A stretch of DNA of 64,000 nt, taken from assembly GCA_964016885.1 (NCBI GenBank), contig OZ024755.1, positions 38,750,001-38,814,000 on the forward strand, written 5' to 3'. Positions 46,901 through 61,400 of this stretch are shown here, piece after piece. How positions within the stretch are numbered: position 1 is the first letter of the stretch; every line of letters starts with the position of its first letter. A model generated the notes under the pieces. That model did not search any database. It was not told the DNA's origin and was given only the letters and a program-made list of their open reading frames with translations. The translations under genes and the position numbers were made by a program. This DNA is from Eledone cirrhosa. Taxonomy: Eukaryota.

Positions 46901-49900
46901 TGAAGTGTAAGTAGTGTTAGTTCTGTTGTGTGGTGTGTGAAGTGTAAGTAGTGTTAGTTCTGTTGTGTGGTGTGTGTAATGTAAATAGTGTTAGTTCTGT
47001 TGTATGATGTGTGAAGTGTAAGTAGTGTTAGTTCTGTTGTGTGGTGTGTTTAATGTAAATAGTGTTAGTTCTGTTGTGTGGTGTGTGTAATGTAAGTAGT
47101 GTTAGTTCTGTTGTGTGGTGTGTGAAGTGTAAGTAGTGTTAGTTCTGTTGTGTGGTGTGTGAAGTGTAAGTAGTGTTAGTTCTGTTGTGTGGTGTGTGTA
47201 ATGTAAGTAGTGTTAGTTCTGTTGTGTGATGTGTGTAATGTAAATAGTGTTAGTTCTGTTGTGTGGTGTGTGAAGTGTAAGTAGTGTTAGTTCTGTTGTG
47301 TGGTGTGTGTAATGTAAGTAGTGTTAGTTCTGTTGTGTGATGTGTGTAATGTAAATAGTGTTAGTTCTGTTGTGTGGTGTGTGAAGTGTAAGTAGTGTTA
47401 GTTCTGTTGTGTGGTGTGTGTAATGTAAGTAGTGTTAGTTCTGTTGTGTGATGTGTGTAATGTAAATAGTGTTAGTTCTGTTGTGTGGTGTGTGAAGTGT
47501 AAGTAGTGTTAGTTCTGTTGTGTGGTGTGTGTAATGTAAGTAGTGTTAGTTCTGTTGTGTGGTGTGTGTAATGTAAGTAGTGTTAGTTCTGTTGTGTGGT
47601 GTGTGTAATGTAAGTAGTGTTAGTTCTGTTGTGTGGTGTGTGTAATGTAAGTAGTGTTAGTTCTGTTGTGTGATGTGTGTAATGTAAATAGTGTTAGTTC
47701 TGTTGTGTGGTGTGTGAAGTGTAAGTAGTGTTAGTTCTGTTGTGTGGTGTGTGTAATGTAAGTAGTGTTAGTTCTGTTGTGTGGTGTGTGTAATGTAAGT
47801 AGTGTTAGTTCTGTTGTGTGGTGTGTGTAATGTAAGTAGTGTTAGTTCTGTTGTGTGGTGTGTGTGTAATGTAAGTAGTGTTAGTTCTGTTGTGTGGTGT
47901 GTGTAATGTAAGTAGTGTTAGTTCTGTTGTGTGGTGTGTGTAATGTAAGTAGTGTTAGTTCTGTCGTGTGGTGTGTGTAATGTAAGTAGTGTTAGTTCTG
48001 TTGTGTGGTGTGTGTGTAATGTAAGTAGTGTTAGTTCTGTTGTGTGGTGTGTGTAATGTAAGTAGTGTTAGTTCTGTTGTGTGATGTGTGTAATGTAAGT
48101 AGTATTAGCTCTGTTGTGTGGTGTGTAATGTAAGTAGTGTTAGTTCTGTTGTGTGGTGTGTGTAATGTAAGTAGTGTTAGTTCTGTTGTGTGATGTGTGT
48201 AATGTAAATAGTGTTAGTTCTGTTGTATGATGTGTGAAGTGTAAGTAGTGTTAGTTCTGTTGTGTGGTGTGTGTAATGTAAGTAGTGTTAGTTCTGTTGT
48301 GTGGTGTGTGTAATGTAAGTAGTGTTAGTTCTGTTGTGTGGTGTGTGTGTAATGTAAGTAGTGTTAGTTCTGTTGTGTGGTGTGTGTAATGTAAGTAGTG
48401 TTAGTTCTGTTGTGTGGTGTGTGTAATGTAAGTAGTGTTAGTTCTGTCGTGTGGTGTGTGTAATGTAAGCAGTGTTAGTTCTGTTGTGTGGTGTGTGTGT
48501 AATGTAAGTAGTGTTAGTTCTGTTGTGTGGTGTGTGTAATGTAAGTAGTGTTAGTTCTGTTGTGTGATGTGTGTAATGTAAGTAGTATTAGCTCTGTTGT
48601 GTGGTGTGTAATGTAAGTAGTGTTAGTTCTGTTGTGTGGTGTGTGTAATGTAAGTAGTGTTAGTTCTGTTGTGTGGTGTGCGTAATGTAAGTAGTGTTAG
48701 TTCTGTTGTGTGGTGAGTGTAATGTAAGTAGTGTTAGTTCTGTTGTGTGGTGTGTGTGTAATGTAAGTAGTGTTATTCTGTTGTGTGATGTGTGTAATGT
48801 AAATAGTGTTAGTTCTGTTGTGTGGTGTGTTTAATGTAAGTAGTGTTAGTTCTGTTGTGTTGTGTGTGTAATGTAAGTAGTGTTAGTTCTGTTGTGTGGT
48901 GTGTGTAATGTAATAGTGTTAGTTCTGTTGTATGGTGTGTGTAATGTAAGTAGTGTTAGTTCTGTTGTGTGGTGTGTGTAATGTAAGTAGTGTTAGTTCT
49001 GTTGTGTGATGTGTGTAATATAAGTAGTGTTAGTTCTGTTATGTGGTGTGTGTAATGTAAGTAGTGTTAGTTCTGTTGTGGGGTGTGTGTAATGTAAGCA
49101 GTGTTAGTCCTGTTGTGTGGTGTGTGTATTGTGAGTAGTGTAAGTTCTGTTGTGTGGTGTGTGTAATGTAAGTAGTGTAAGTTCTGTTGTGTGGTGTGTG
49201 TAATGTAAGTAGTGTTAGTTCTGTTGTGTGATGTGTGTAATATAAGTAGTGTTAGTTCTGTAGTGTGGTGTGTGTAATGTAAATAGTGTTAGTTCTGTTG
49301 TGTGGTGTGTGTAATGTAAGTAGTGTTAGTTCTGTTGTGTGGTGTGTTTAATGTAAGCAGTGTTAGTTCTGTTGTGTGGTGTGTGTAATTCTAAGTAGTG
49401 TAAGTTCTGTTGTGTGATGTGTGTATTGTGAGTAGTGTAAGTTCTGTTGTGTGATGTGTGTATTGTGAGTAGTGTAAGTTCTGTTGTGTGGTGTGTGTAA
49501 TGTAAGTAGTGTTAGTTCTGTTGTGTGGTGTGTGTAATGTAAGTAGTGTTAGTTCTGTTGTGTGGTGTGTGTAATGTAAGTAGTGTTAGTTCTGTTGTGT
49601 GGTGTGTGTAATGTAAGTAGTGTTAGTTCTGTTGTGTGGTGTGTGTAATGTAAGTAGTGTTAGTTCTGTTGTGTGGTGTGTGTATTGTGAGTAGTGTAAG
49701 TTCTGTTGTGTGGTGTGTGTAATGTAAGTAGTGTTAGTTCTGTTGTGTGGTGTGTGTAATGTAAGTAGTGTTAGTTCTGTTGTGTGGTGTGTGTAATGTA
49801 AGTAGTGTTAGTTCTGTTGTGTGGTGTGTGTGTAATGTAAGTAGTGTTAGTTCTGTTGTGTGGTGTGTGTAATGTAAGTAGTGTTAGTTCTGTTGTGTGG

Positions 49901-52900
49901 TGTGTGTAATGTAAGTAGTGTTAGTTCTGTCGTGTGGTGTGTGTAATGTAAGTAGTGTTAGTTCTGTTGTGTGGTGTGTGTGTAATGTAAGTAGTGTTAG
50001 TTCTGTTGTGTGGTGTGTGTAATGTAAGTAGTGTTAGTTCTGTTGTGTGATGTGTGTAATGTAAGTAGTATTAGCTCTGTTGTGTGGTGTGTGTAATGTA
50101 AGTAGTGTTAGTTCTGTTGTGTGATGTGTGTAATGTAAATAGTGTTAGTTCTGTTGTATGATGTGTGAAGTGTAAGTAGTGTTAGTTCTGTTGTGTGGTG
50201 TGTGTAATGTAAGTAGTGTTAGTTCTGTTGTGTGGTGTGTGTAATGTAAGTAGTGTTAGTTCTGTTGTGTGGTGTGTGTGTAATGTAAGTAGTGTTAGTT
50301 CTGTTGTGTGGTGTGTGTAATGTAAGTAGTGTTAGTTCTGTTGTGTGGTGTGTGTAATGTAAGTAGTGTTAGTTCTGTCGTGTGGTGTGTGTAATGTAAG
50401 CAGTGTTAATTCTGTTGTGTGGTGTGTGTGTAATGTAAGTAGTGTTAGTTCTGTTGTGTGGTGTGTGTAATGTAAGTAGTGTTAGTTCTGTTGTGTGATG
50501 TGTGTAATGTAAGTAGTATTAGCTCTGTTGTGTGGTGTGTAATGTAAGTAGTGTTAGTTCTGTTGTGTGGTGTGTGTAATGTAAGTAGTGTTAGTTCTGT
50601 TGTGTGGTGTGCGTAATGTAAGTAGTGTTAGTTCTGTTGTGTGGTGAGTGTAATGTAAGTAGTGTTAGTTCTGTTGTGTGGTGTGTGTGTAATGTAAGTA
50701 GTGTTATTCTGTTGTGTGATGTGTGTAATGTAAATAGTGTTAGTTCTGTTGTGTGGTGTGTTTAATGTAAGTAGTGTTAGTTCTGTTGTGTTGTGTGTGT
50801 AATGTAAGTAGTGTTAGTTCTGTTGTGTGGTGTGTGTAATGTAATAGTGTTAGTTCTGTTGTATGGTGTGTGTAATGTAAGTAGTGTTAGTTCTGTTGTG
50901 TGGTGTGTGTAATGTAAGTAGTGTTAGTTCTGTTGTGTGGTGTGTGTAATGTAAGTAGTGTTAGTTCTGTTGTGTGGTGTGTGTAATGTAAGTAGTGTTA
51001 GTTCTGTTGTGTGGTGTGTGTAATGTAAGTAGTGTTAGTTCTGTTGTGTGGTGTGTGTATTGTGAGTAGTGTAAGTTCTGTTGTGTGGTGTGTGTAATGT
51101 AAGTAGTGTTAGTTCTGTTGTGTGGTGTGTGTAATGTAAGTAGTGTTAGATCTGTTGTGTGGTGTGTGTAATGTAAGTAGTGTTAGTTCTGTTGTGTGGT
51201 GTGTGTATTGTGAGTAGTGTAAGTTCTGTTGTGTGGTGTGTGTAATGTAAGTAGTGTTAGTTCTGTTGTGTGGTGTGTGTAATGTAAGTAGTGTTAGTTC
51301 TGTCGTGTGGTGTGTGTAATGTAAGCAGTGTTAGTTCTGTTGTGTGGTGTGTGTGTAATGTAAGTAGTGTTAGTTCTGTTGTGTGGTGTGTGTAATGTAA
51401 GTAGTGTTAGTTCTGTTGTGTGATGTGTGTAATGTAAGTAGTATTAGCTCTGTTGTGTGGTGTGTAATGTAAGTAGTGTTAGTTCTGTTGTGTGGTGTGT
51501 GTAATGTAAGTAGTGTTAGTTCTGTTGTGTGGTGTGCGTAATGTAAGTAGTGTTAGTTCTGTTGTGTGGTGAGTGTAATGTAAGTAGTGTTAGTTCTGTT
51601 GTGTGGTGTGTGTGTAATGTAAGTAGTGTTATTCTGTTGTGTGATGTGTGTAATGTAAATAGTGTTAGTTCTGTTGTGTGGTGTGTTTAATGTAAGTAGT
51701 GTTAGTTCTGTTGTGTTGTGTGTGTAATGTAAGTAGTGTTAGTTCTGTTGTGTGGTGTGTGTAATGTAATAGTGTTAGTTCTGTTGTATGGTGTGTGTAA
51801 TGTAAGTAGTGTTAGTTCTGTTGTGTGGTGTGTGTAATGTAAGTAGTGTTAGTTCTGTTGTGTGATGTGTGTAATATAAGTAGTGTTAGTTCTGTTATGT
51901 GGTGTGTGTAATGTAAGTAGTGTTAGTTCTGTTGTGGGGTGTGTGTAATGTAAGCAGTGTTAGTTCTGTTGTGTGGTGTGTGTATTGTGAGTAGTGTAAG
52001 TTCTGTTGTGTGGTGTGTGTAATGTAAGTAGTGTTAGTTCTGTTGTGTGATGTGTGTAATATAAGTAGTGTTAGTTCTGTAGTGTGGTGTGTGTAATGTA
52101 AATAGTGTTAGTTCTGTTGTGTGGTGTGTGTAATGTAAGTAGTGTTAGTTCTGTTGTGTGGTGTGTTTAATGTAAGCAGTGTTAGTTCTGTTGTGTGGTG
52201 TGTGTAATTCTAAGTAGTGTAAGTTCTGTTGTGTGATGTGTGTATTGTGAGTAGTGTAAGTTCTGTTGTGTGATGTGTGTATTGTGAGTAGTGTAAGTTC
52301 TGTTGTGTGGTGTGTGTAATGTAAGTAGTGTTAGTTCTGTTGTGTGGTGTGTGTAATGTAAGTAGTGTTAGTTCTGTTGTGTGGTGTGTGTAATGTAAGT
52401 AGTGTTAGTTCTGTTGTGTGGTGTGTGTAATGTAAGTAGTGTTAGTTCTGTTGTGTGGTGTGTGTAATGTAAGTAGTGTTAGTTCTGTTGTGTGGTGTGT
52501 GTATTGTGAGTAGTGTAAGTTCTGTTGTGTGGTGTGTGTAATGTAAGTAGTGTTAGTTCTGTTGTGTGGTGTGTGTAATGTAAGTAGTGTTAGATCTGTT
52601 GTGTGGTGTGTGTAATGTAAGTAGTGTTAGTTCTGTTGTGTGGTGTGTGTATTGTGAGTAGTGTAAGTTCTGTTGTGTGGTGTGTGTAATGTAAGTAGTG
52701 TTAGTTCTGTTGTGTGGTGTGTGTAATGTAAGTAGTGTTAGATCTGTTGTGTGGTGTGTGTAATGTAAGTAGTGTTAGTTCTGTTGTGTGGTGTGTGTAA
52801 TATAAGTAGTGTTAGTTGTGGTGTGTGTAATGCAAGTAGTGTTAGTTCTGTTGTGTGGTGTGTGTAATGTAAGTAGTGTTAGTTCTGTTGTGTGGTGTGT

Positions 52901-53150
52901 GTAATGTAAGTAGTTTAGTTCTGTTGTGTGATGTGTGTAATGTAAGCAGTGTTAGTTCTGTTGTGTGGTGTGTGTAATGTAAGTAGTGTTAGTTCTGTTG
53001 TGTGGTGTGTGTAATGTAAGTAGTGTTAGTTCTGTTGTGTGGTGTGTGTAATGTAAGTAGTGTTAGTTCTGTTTTGTGGTGTGTGTAATGTAAGTAGTGT
53101 TAGTTCTGTTGTGTGGTGTGTGTAATGTAAGTAGTGTTAGTTCTGTTGTT
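43995..53150. repeat. 37-bp satellite array (~9.1 kb) with higher-order structure
   Basis: Unit gtgttagttctgttgtgtggtgtgtgtaatgtaagta. Confidence 0.98.
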
Positions 53151-53229
53151 TGTTTCAAGCGTTAACGTAATATATTCCTTCCATACCGATTGTGTTGTTA
53201 TTTCTTTATATCCTTTACACACACACGCA

Positions 53230-53818
<589 letters not shown>

Positions 53819-54320
53819 TTACAGTATTTAGACACATGCTAATGTAGTTTTAATTTTTTCTTCTGGAAGCAGGAGAAAGAGAAAATTACCAGTTTCTTGT
53901 CTTTCGAAGAGAAAATTAATGGTTTAATCCTGTCTATCGGTTTCAACTGATAATCTAATCAAAGTCCCAAGCTCAATGGCTCAAACTTAGTGCTGTGATC
54001 ACCATTTTACATATTCTCACCACGTTACAAAATAGCTGTATGTGTTCTAACACTGTTTACTCGTGCCATTCCAAGACCAAGTCGCCTGGAATCCTAGTGA
54101 CTTACTGATTAAATTTAAATTGTATATATCACTCATACTGTATTAATATCTGTATCATTAAATTCGTTAATGGGGAAAACATCTTGAAGTGATACTTCGT
54201 AATGACTCCCAACTTAGGCAAACACACTGCAGCAAATCTACCTAACTCTTTATAGCTATTTCTCTCTCCCCCTCCTATCCTATCCTCACTCTCTCTCTCT
54301 CTGCCTCTCTCTCTCTCTCT

Positions 54321-54389
<69 letters not shown>

Positions 54390-54408
54390 AACATACTCAG
54401 TCACAGAC

Positions 54409-54487
<79 letters not shown>

Positions 54488-54533
54488 TATGGAATGCTGT
54501 TAGCTTTTCGCTGCAGTGTTTTCTATACCTTTC

Positions 54534-54581
<48 letters not shown>

Positions 54582-54727
54582 ACACACACACACATATACA
54601 CATATATATGTTTGTGTGCGTGTGTATATGTATGTGATTATGTGCGTATGTATGTGTATTTAAATCACTCTCTCTATATATGTATATATATATATATATG
54701 TACACACACACACACATTTATGTATAC

Positions 54728-54770
<43 letters not shown>

Positions 54771-56394
54771 TTTATGTATACATACATATATATATATATA
54801 TATAACTATCGCTAACGTACATGGAGACGAAAAATACATTGATTGATGAAGTCTTTATCGTTGGTGATATCCACGACTTGTAATGTTTATGATGATGCTT
54901 TCTTTAGTCATTCTGTATAATAGAATGACATGGCAGCCACGATTGCATTCTGGTTGTAAAACGTGAAGGAACAGAATTAAGCTAATCATTACTCTATGTG
55001 CCTTGAATATTCCATAGGCAAAAGAAAAGTGATATAATTATATATATACATACGATCGAGGCAAACAAACAGAGAGGTTGCAGATAACGGAGTCGATAGG
55101 GTTTCTTGCTACAATTTAAAGTGGGGTATCGGCAACATTGTATAACACACACTATACCTTCCTATAGGCCAATTCTACGATATGAATACAACAAAGGTTC
55201 TTTACATACACAATAAAGATGGAATATTTTTTAATGTCAGACGAGGAATCTGCCAGCTGACCAAATACACACGGGCTTTTTCTGTAAAAGACAAATTTCC
55301 GTACCTTCTTTTTCCCAGTATCTTTCTATTTCCTCTTTTACTTTTCATGTTATCTTCTAATGAAAATAGTCTTTACGTCTGAGACGTAAAGACTATTTTC
55401 TTACTATATCATGAATCAAACATATATTTCTTCCCTGTACTGAGATGTTGGTTTTGTTGTTGTCTCTGTCTACCTTTTGCATACATATATGTAATTATAG
55501 CTTGTCACTGTAAACAGCGGGAGCACTATATACTAGGAACCATCAACTTTCGTCAAATCGGACCGAGGAAACAATGTTTCCGTTGGTCTTTCCAATTGCT
55601 AATACTATCTGTCGGTGGCAACTCTAGGTAGAAGGAGCAACGTGAAATAAAGTGTCTTGCTCAAGGACATAACGTATCACCTGGTCTGGGAATCGAACTC
55701 ACAGCCTCACGATTGCGAATCCAATTCTCTAACCACTCAGCCACACGCCTTCACTATATACTAAGGACATTAATTCCAGTCCGAAAAGAGCTTCCAAACA
55801 ATAGTCTATTATTTATACGGAAAATGATTTATTTCTTATATATTGGTATATAAAAACATTAAACATAATGAAATGATTCGTGATATCCTGCAGGCTTGCT
55901 CCACGACGACAGTCGCTTTAATGGTGGTAATTGAAACAGAAGGGTTACTCTTGTCGCTAGACTTTGTGAACAATAGTTTTAGATATAAGAGAAACCTTGA
56001 CTCCACGCTGAACTAATCCCGTAAACTCATCAGGCATTTTTCCAGGATTAACAACGATTCTTTATATAAAGCTATTATGTAACCATTGTTGATGGGTGAC
56101 CATTGAAAGATTTATCTTTCCAAGTTCAACAGATGGAACCCTCAGGTTTGGGAGTTCTGGCTTTCTCCAAAAGATTTCTGAATCCGGAAGAGTAAATACA
56201 AAGGATTGGTTCATCCAAGGAGTGATTCGCCACCCTCATATCTTGAGTTCAGCCACACCCTCATCTGGTGCGCTAACCGCTACCCTCAGATTTGGAGCGA
56301 TTCTCCACCCTCAGATCCAGAGGTAGTCCTTACCATCATATCCAGAGCTAAGCACCTCCCTCATATCCAGAGCTAACAACCTTCCTCATATCCG

Positions 56395-58225
56395 GAGCTA
56401 ATCACAACCCTCATATCTGGGGCTAATACCAACCCTCAAATCTGGGGCTAACACCAACCCTCATATCTGGGGCTAACACCAACCCTCATATCTGGGGCTA
56501 ACACCAACCCTCATATCTGGGACTAACACCAACCCTCAAATCTGGGACTAACACCAACCCTCAAATCTGGGACTAACACCAACCCTCATATCTGGGGCTA
56601 ACACCAACCCTCAAATCTGGGACTAACACCAACCCTCAGATCTGGGGCTAACACCAACCCTCAGATCTGGGGCTAACACCAACCCTCATATCTGGGGCTA
56701 ACACCAACCCTCATATCTGGGGCTAACACCAACCCTCAGATCTGGGGCTAACACCAACCCTCATATCTGGGGCTAACACCAACCCTCAGATCTGGGGCTA
56801 ACACCAACCCTCAGATCTGGGGCTAACACCAACCCTCATATCTGGGGCTAACACCAACCCTCATATCTGGGGCTAACACCAACCCTCATATCTGGGGCTA
56901 ACACCAACCCTCATATCTGGGGCTAACACCAACCCTCATATCTGGGGCTAACACCAACCCTCATATCTGGGGCTAACACCAACCCTCATATCCGGAGCTA
57001 ATCACCAACCCACATATCTGGGGCTAACACCAACCCTCAGATCTGGGGCTAACACCAACCCTCAAATCTAGGACTAACACCAACCCTCAGATCTGGGGCT
57101 AACACCAACCCTCATATCTGGGGCTAACACCAACCCTCAAATCTGGGACTAACACCAACCCTCAGATCTGGGGCTAACACCAACCCTCATATCTGGGGCT
57201 AACACCAACCCTCAGATCTGGGGCTAACACCAACCCTCATATCTGGGGCTAACACCAACCCTCATATCTGGGGCTAACACCAACCCTCAGATCTGGGGCT
57301 AACACCAACCCTCAGATCTGGGGCTAACACCAACCCTCATATCTGGGGCTAACACCAACCCTCAGATCTGGGGCTAACACCAACCCTCAGATCTGGGGCT
57401 AACACCAACCCTCAAATCTAGGACTAACACCAACCCTCAGATCTGGGGCTAACACCAACCCTCATATCTGGGGCTAACACCAACCCTCAAATCTAGGACT
57501 AACACCAACCCTCAGATCTGGGGCTAACACCAACCCTCAGATCTGGGGCTAACACCAACCCTCATATCTGGGGCTAACACCAACCCTCATATCTGGGGCT
57601 AACACCAACCCTCATATCTGGGGCTAACACCAACCCTCAAATCTGGGACTAACACCAACCCTCATATCCGGAGCTAATAACCAACCCTCATATCTGGGAC
57701 TAACACCAACCCTCATATCTGGGGCTAACACCAACCCTCATATCTGGGGCTAACACCAACCCTCAGATCTGGGGCTAACACCAACCCTCATATCTGGGGC
57801 TAACACCAACCCTCAGATCTGGGGCTAACACCAACCCTCAGATCTGGGGCTAACACCAACCCTCATATCTGGGGCTAACACCAACCCTCAGATCTGGGGC
57901 TAACACCAACCCTCAGATCTGGGGCTAACACCAACCCTCATATCTGGGGCTAACACCAACCCTCATATCTGGGGCTAACACCAACCCTCATATCTGGGGC
58001 TAACATCAACCCTCGTATCTGGGGCTAATACCAACCCTCATATCTGGGGCTAACACCAACCCTCATATCTGGGGCTAACATCAACACTCATATCTGGGGC
58101 TAACACCAACCCTCATATCTGGGGCTAACATCAACCCTCATATCTGGGGCTAATACCAACCCTCATATCTGGGGCTAACACCAACCCTCATATCTGGGGC
58201 TAACACCAACCCTCATATCTGGAGA
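56395..58225. repeat. 25-bp minisatellite
   Basis: Unit ccctcatatctggggctaacaccaa; diverged units from ~56230. Confidence 0.97.
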
Positions 58226-58483
58226 TAATCCCGACTATCAGATCTGGAACGATTCTCCACGTATAAAAGCCAATAAATATATGTTTTCTTCTATGAATCC
58301 CTCCCAAAGTTATGGTAGAGGTCTCAGGAAACAGTGAATCTTCTACAATTAAACAGTGTTGTTGTTGTTGTTGTTGTTGTTACAATATGAATATTTGGTG
58401 TTAGACTTTGTAGAAGAATTAGTCTACATTTCAGTTCTGGGATTCAATAAATGGATTATATATCAATTAAAACTGATGACGAT

Positions 58484-61400
58484 GTAATGTAGGCTGGAGG
58501 TGTAATGTGGGTTGAAGGTGTAATGTGGGTTGGAGGTGTAATGTCTGTTGGAGGTGTACTGTCTGTTGGAGGTGTAATGTCTGTTGGAGGTGTAATGTGG
58601 GTTGGAGGTGTAATGTCTGTTGGAGGTGTAATGTGGGTTGGAGGTGTAATGTGGGTTGGAGGTGTAATGTATGTTGGACGTGTAATGTCTGTTGGAGGTG
58701 TACTGTGGGTTGGAGGTGTAATGTATGTTGGAGGTGTAATGTCTGTTGGAGGTGTAATGTCTGTTGGAGGTGTAATGTGGGTTGGAGGTGTAATGTATGT
58801 TGGAGGTGTAATGTCTGTTGGAGGTGTAATGTCTGTTGGAGGTGTAATGTGGGTTGGAGGTGTAATGTGGGTTGGAGGTGTAATGTCTGTTGGAGGTGTA
58901 CTGTCTGTTGTAGGTGTAATGTCTGTTGGAGGTGTAATGTGGGTTGGAGGTGTAATGTCTGTTGGAGGTGTAATGTGGGTTGGAGGTGTAATGTGGGTTG
59001 GAGGTGTAATGTCTGTTGGAGGTGTAATGTGGGTTGGAGGTGTAATGTGGGTTGGAGGTGTAATGTGGGTTGGAGGTGTAATGTGGGCTGGAGGTGTAAT
59101 GTGGGCTGGAGGTGTAATGTCTGTTGGAGATGTAATGTGGGTTGGAGGTGTAATGTGGGTTGGAGGTGTAATGTGGGTTGGAGGTGTAATGTCTGTTGGA
59201 GGTGTAATGTGGGTTGGAGGTGTAATGTGGGTTGGAGGTGTAATGTCTGTTGAAGGTGTAATGTCTGTTGGAGGTGTAATGTCTGTTGGAGGTGTAATGT
59301 GGGTTGGAGGTGTAATGTGGGTTGGAGGTGTAATGTCTGTTGAAGGTGTAATGTGGGTTGGAGGTGTAATGTCTGTTGGAGGTGTAATGTGGGTTGGAGG
59401 TGTATGTGGGTTGGAGGTGTAATGTCTGTTGGAGGTGTAATGTCTGTTGGAGGTGTAATGTGGGTTGGAGGTGTATGTGGGTTGGAGGTGTAATGTGGGT
59501 TGGAGGTGTATGTGGGTTGGAGGTGTAATGTCTGTTGGAGGTGTAATGTATGTTGGAGGTGTAATGTCTGTTGGAGGTGTAATGTGGGTTGGAGGTGTAA
59601 TGTGGGTTGGAGGTGTAATGTCTGTTGGAGGTGTAATGAGGGTTGGAGGTGTAATGTGGGTTGCAGGTGTAATGTCTGTTGGAGGTGTAATGTCTGTTGG
59701 AGGTGTAATGTAGGTTGGAGGTGTAATGTGGGTTGGAGGTGTATGTGGGTTGGAGGTGTAATGTGGGTTGGAGGTGTGATGTGGGCTGGAGGTGTAATGT
59801 CTGTTGGAGATGTAATGTGGGTTGGAGGTGTAATGTGGGTTGGAGGTGTAATGTCTGTTGGAGGTGTAATGTCTGTTGGAGGTGTACTGTGGGTTGGAAG
59901 TGTAATGTGGGTTGGAGGTGTAATGTGGGTTGGAGGTGTAATGTGGGTTGGAGGTGTAATGTGGGTTGGAGGTGTGATGTGGGCTGGAGGTGTAATGTCT
60001 GTTGGAGATGTAATGTGGGTTGGAGGTGTAATGTGGGTTGGAGGTGTAATGTCTGTTGGAGGTGTAATGTCTGTTGGAGGTGTACTGTGGGTTGGAAGTG
60101 TAATGTGGGTTGGAGGTGTAATGTGGGTTGGAGGTGTAATGTGGGTTGGAGGTGTAATGTGGGTTGGAGGTATAATGTCTGTTGGAGGTGTAATGTCTGT
60201 TGGAGGTGTAATGTGGGTTGGAGGTGTAATGTCTGTTGGAGGTGTAATGTCTGTTGGAGGTGTAATGTGGGTTGGAGGTGTAATGTGGGTTGGAGGTGTA
60301 ATGTCTGTTGGAGCTGTAATGTGGGTTGGAGGTGTAATGTGGGTTGGAGGTGTAATGTGGGTTGGAGGTGTAATGTGGGTTGGAGGTGTAATGTCTGTTG
60401 GAGGTGTAATGTCTGTTGGAGGTGTAATGTGGGTTGGAGGTGTAATGTGGGTTGGAGGTGTAATGTGGGCTGGAGGTGTAATGTCTGTTGGAGGTGTAAT
60501 GTCTGTTGGAGGTGTAATGTGGGTTGGAGGTGTAATGTCTGTTGGAGGTGTAATGTCTGTTGGAGCTGTAATGTGGGTTGGAGGTGTAATGTGGGTTGGA
60601 GGTGTAATGTCTGTTGGAGGTGTAATGTGGGTTGGAGGTGTAATGTCTGTTGGAGGTGTAATGTCTGTTGGAGGTGTAATGTGGGTTGGAGGTGTAATGT
60701 GGGTTGGAGGTGTAATGTGGGCTGGAGGTGTAATGTGGGTTGGAGGTGTAATGTCTGTTGGAGGTGTAATGTCTGTTGGAGATGTAATGTGGGTTGGAGG
60801 TGTAATGTGGGTTGGAGGTGTAATGTCAGCTGGAGGTGTAATGTCTGTTGGAGGTGTAATGTCTGTTGGAGGTGTAATGTGGGTTGGAGGTGTAATGTGG
60901 GTTGGAGGTGTAATGTCTGTTGGAGCTGTAATGTGGGTTGGAGGTGTAATGTGGGTTGGAGGTGTAATGTGGGTTGGAGGTGTAATGTGGGTTGGAGGTG
61001 TAATGTCTGTTGGAGGTGTAATGTAGGTTGGAGGTGTAATGTCTGTTGGAGGTGTAATGTGGGTTGGAGGTGTAATGTGGGTTGGAGGTGTAATGTCTGT
61101 TGGAGGTGTAATGAGGGTTGGAGGTGTAATGTGGGTTGGAGGTGTAATGTCTGTTGGAGGTGTAATGTGGGTTGGAGGTGTAATGTCTGTTGGAGGTGTA
61201 ATGTGGGTTGGAGGTGTAATGTGGGTTGGAGGTGTAATGTGGGTTGGAGGTGTAATGTGGGTTGGAGGTGTAATGTGGGTTGGAGGTGTAATGTCTGTTG
61301 GAGGTGTAATGTGGGTTGGAGGTGTAATGTGGGTTGGAGGTGTAATGTGGGTTGGAGGTGTAATGTGGGTTGGAGGTGTAATGTGGGCTGGAGGTGTAAT

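Noticed and set aside
56395-58225. Telomeric repeat (aaccct within the unit)
   Set aside because: No tandem TTAGGG/CCCTAA; only a partial resemblance within a 25-mer
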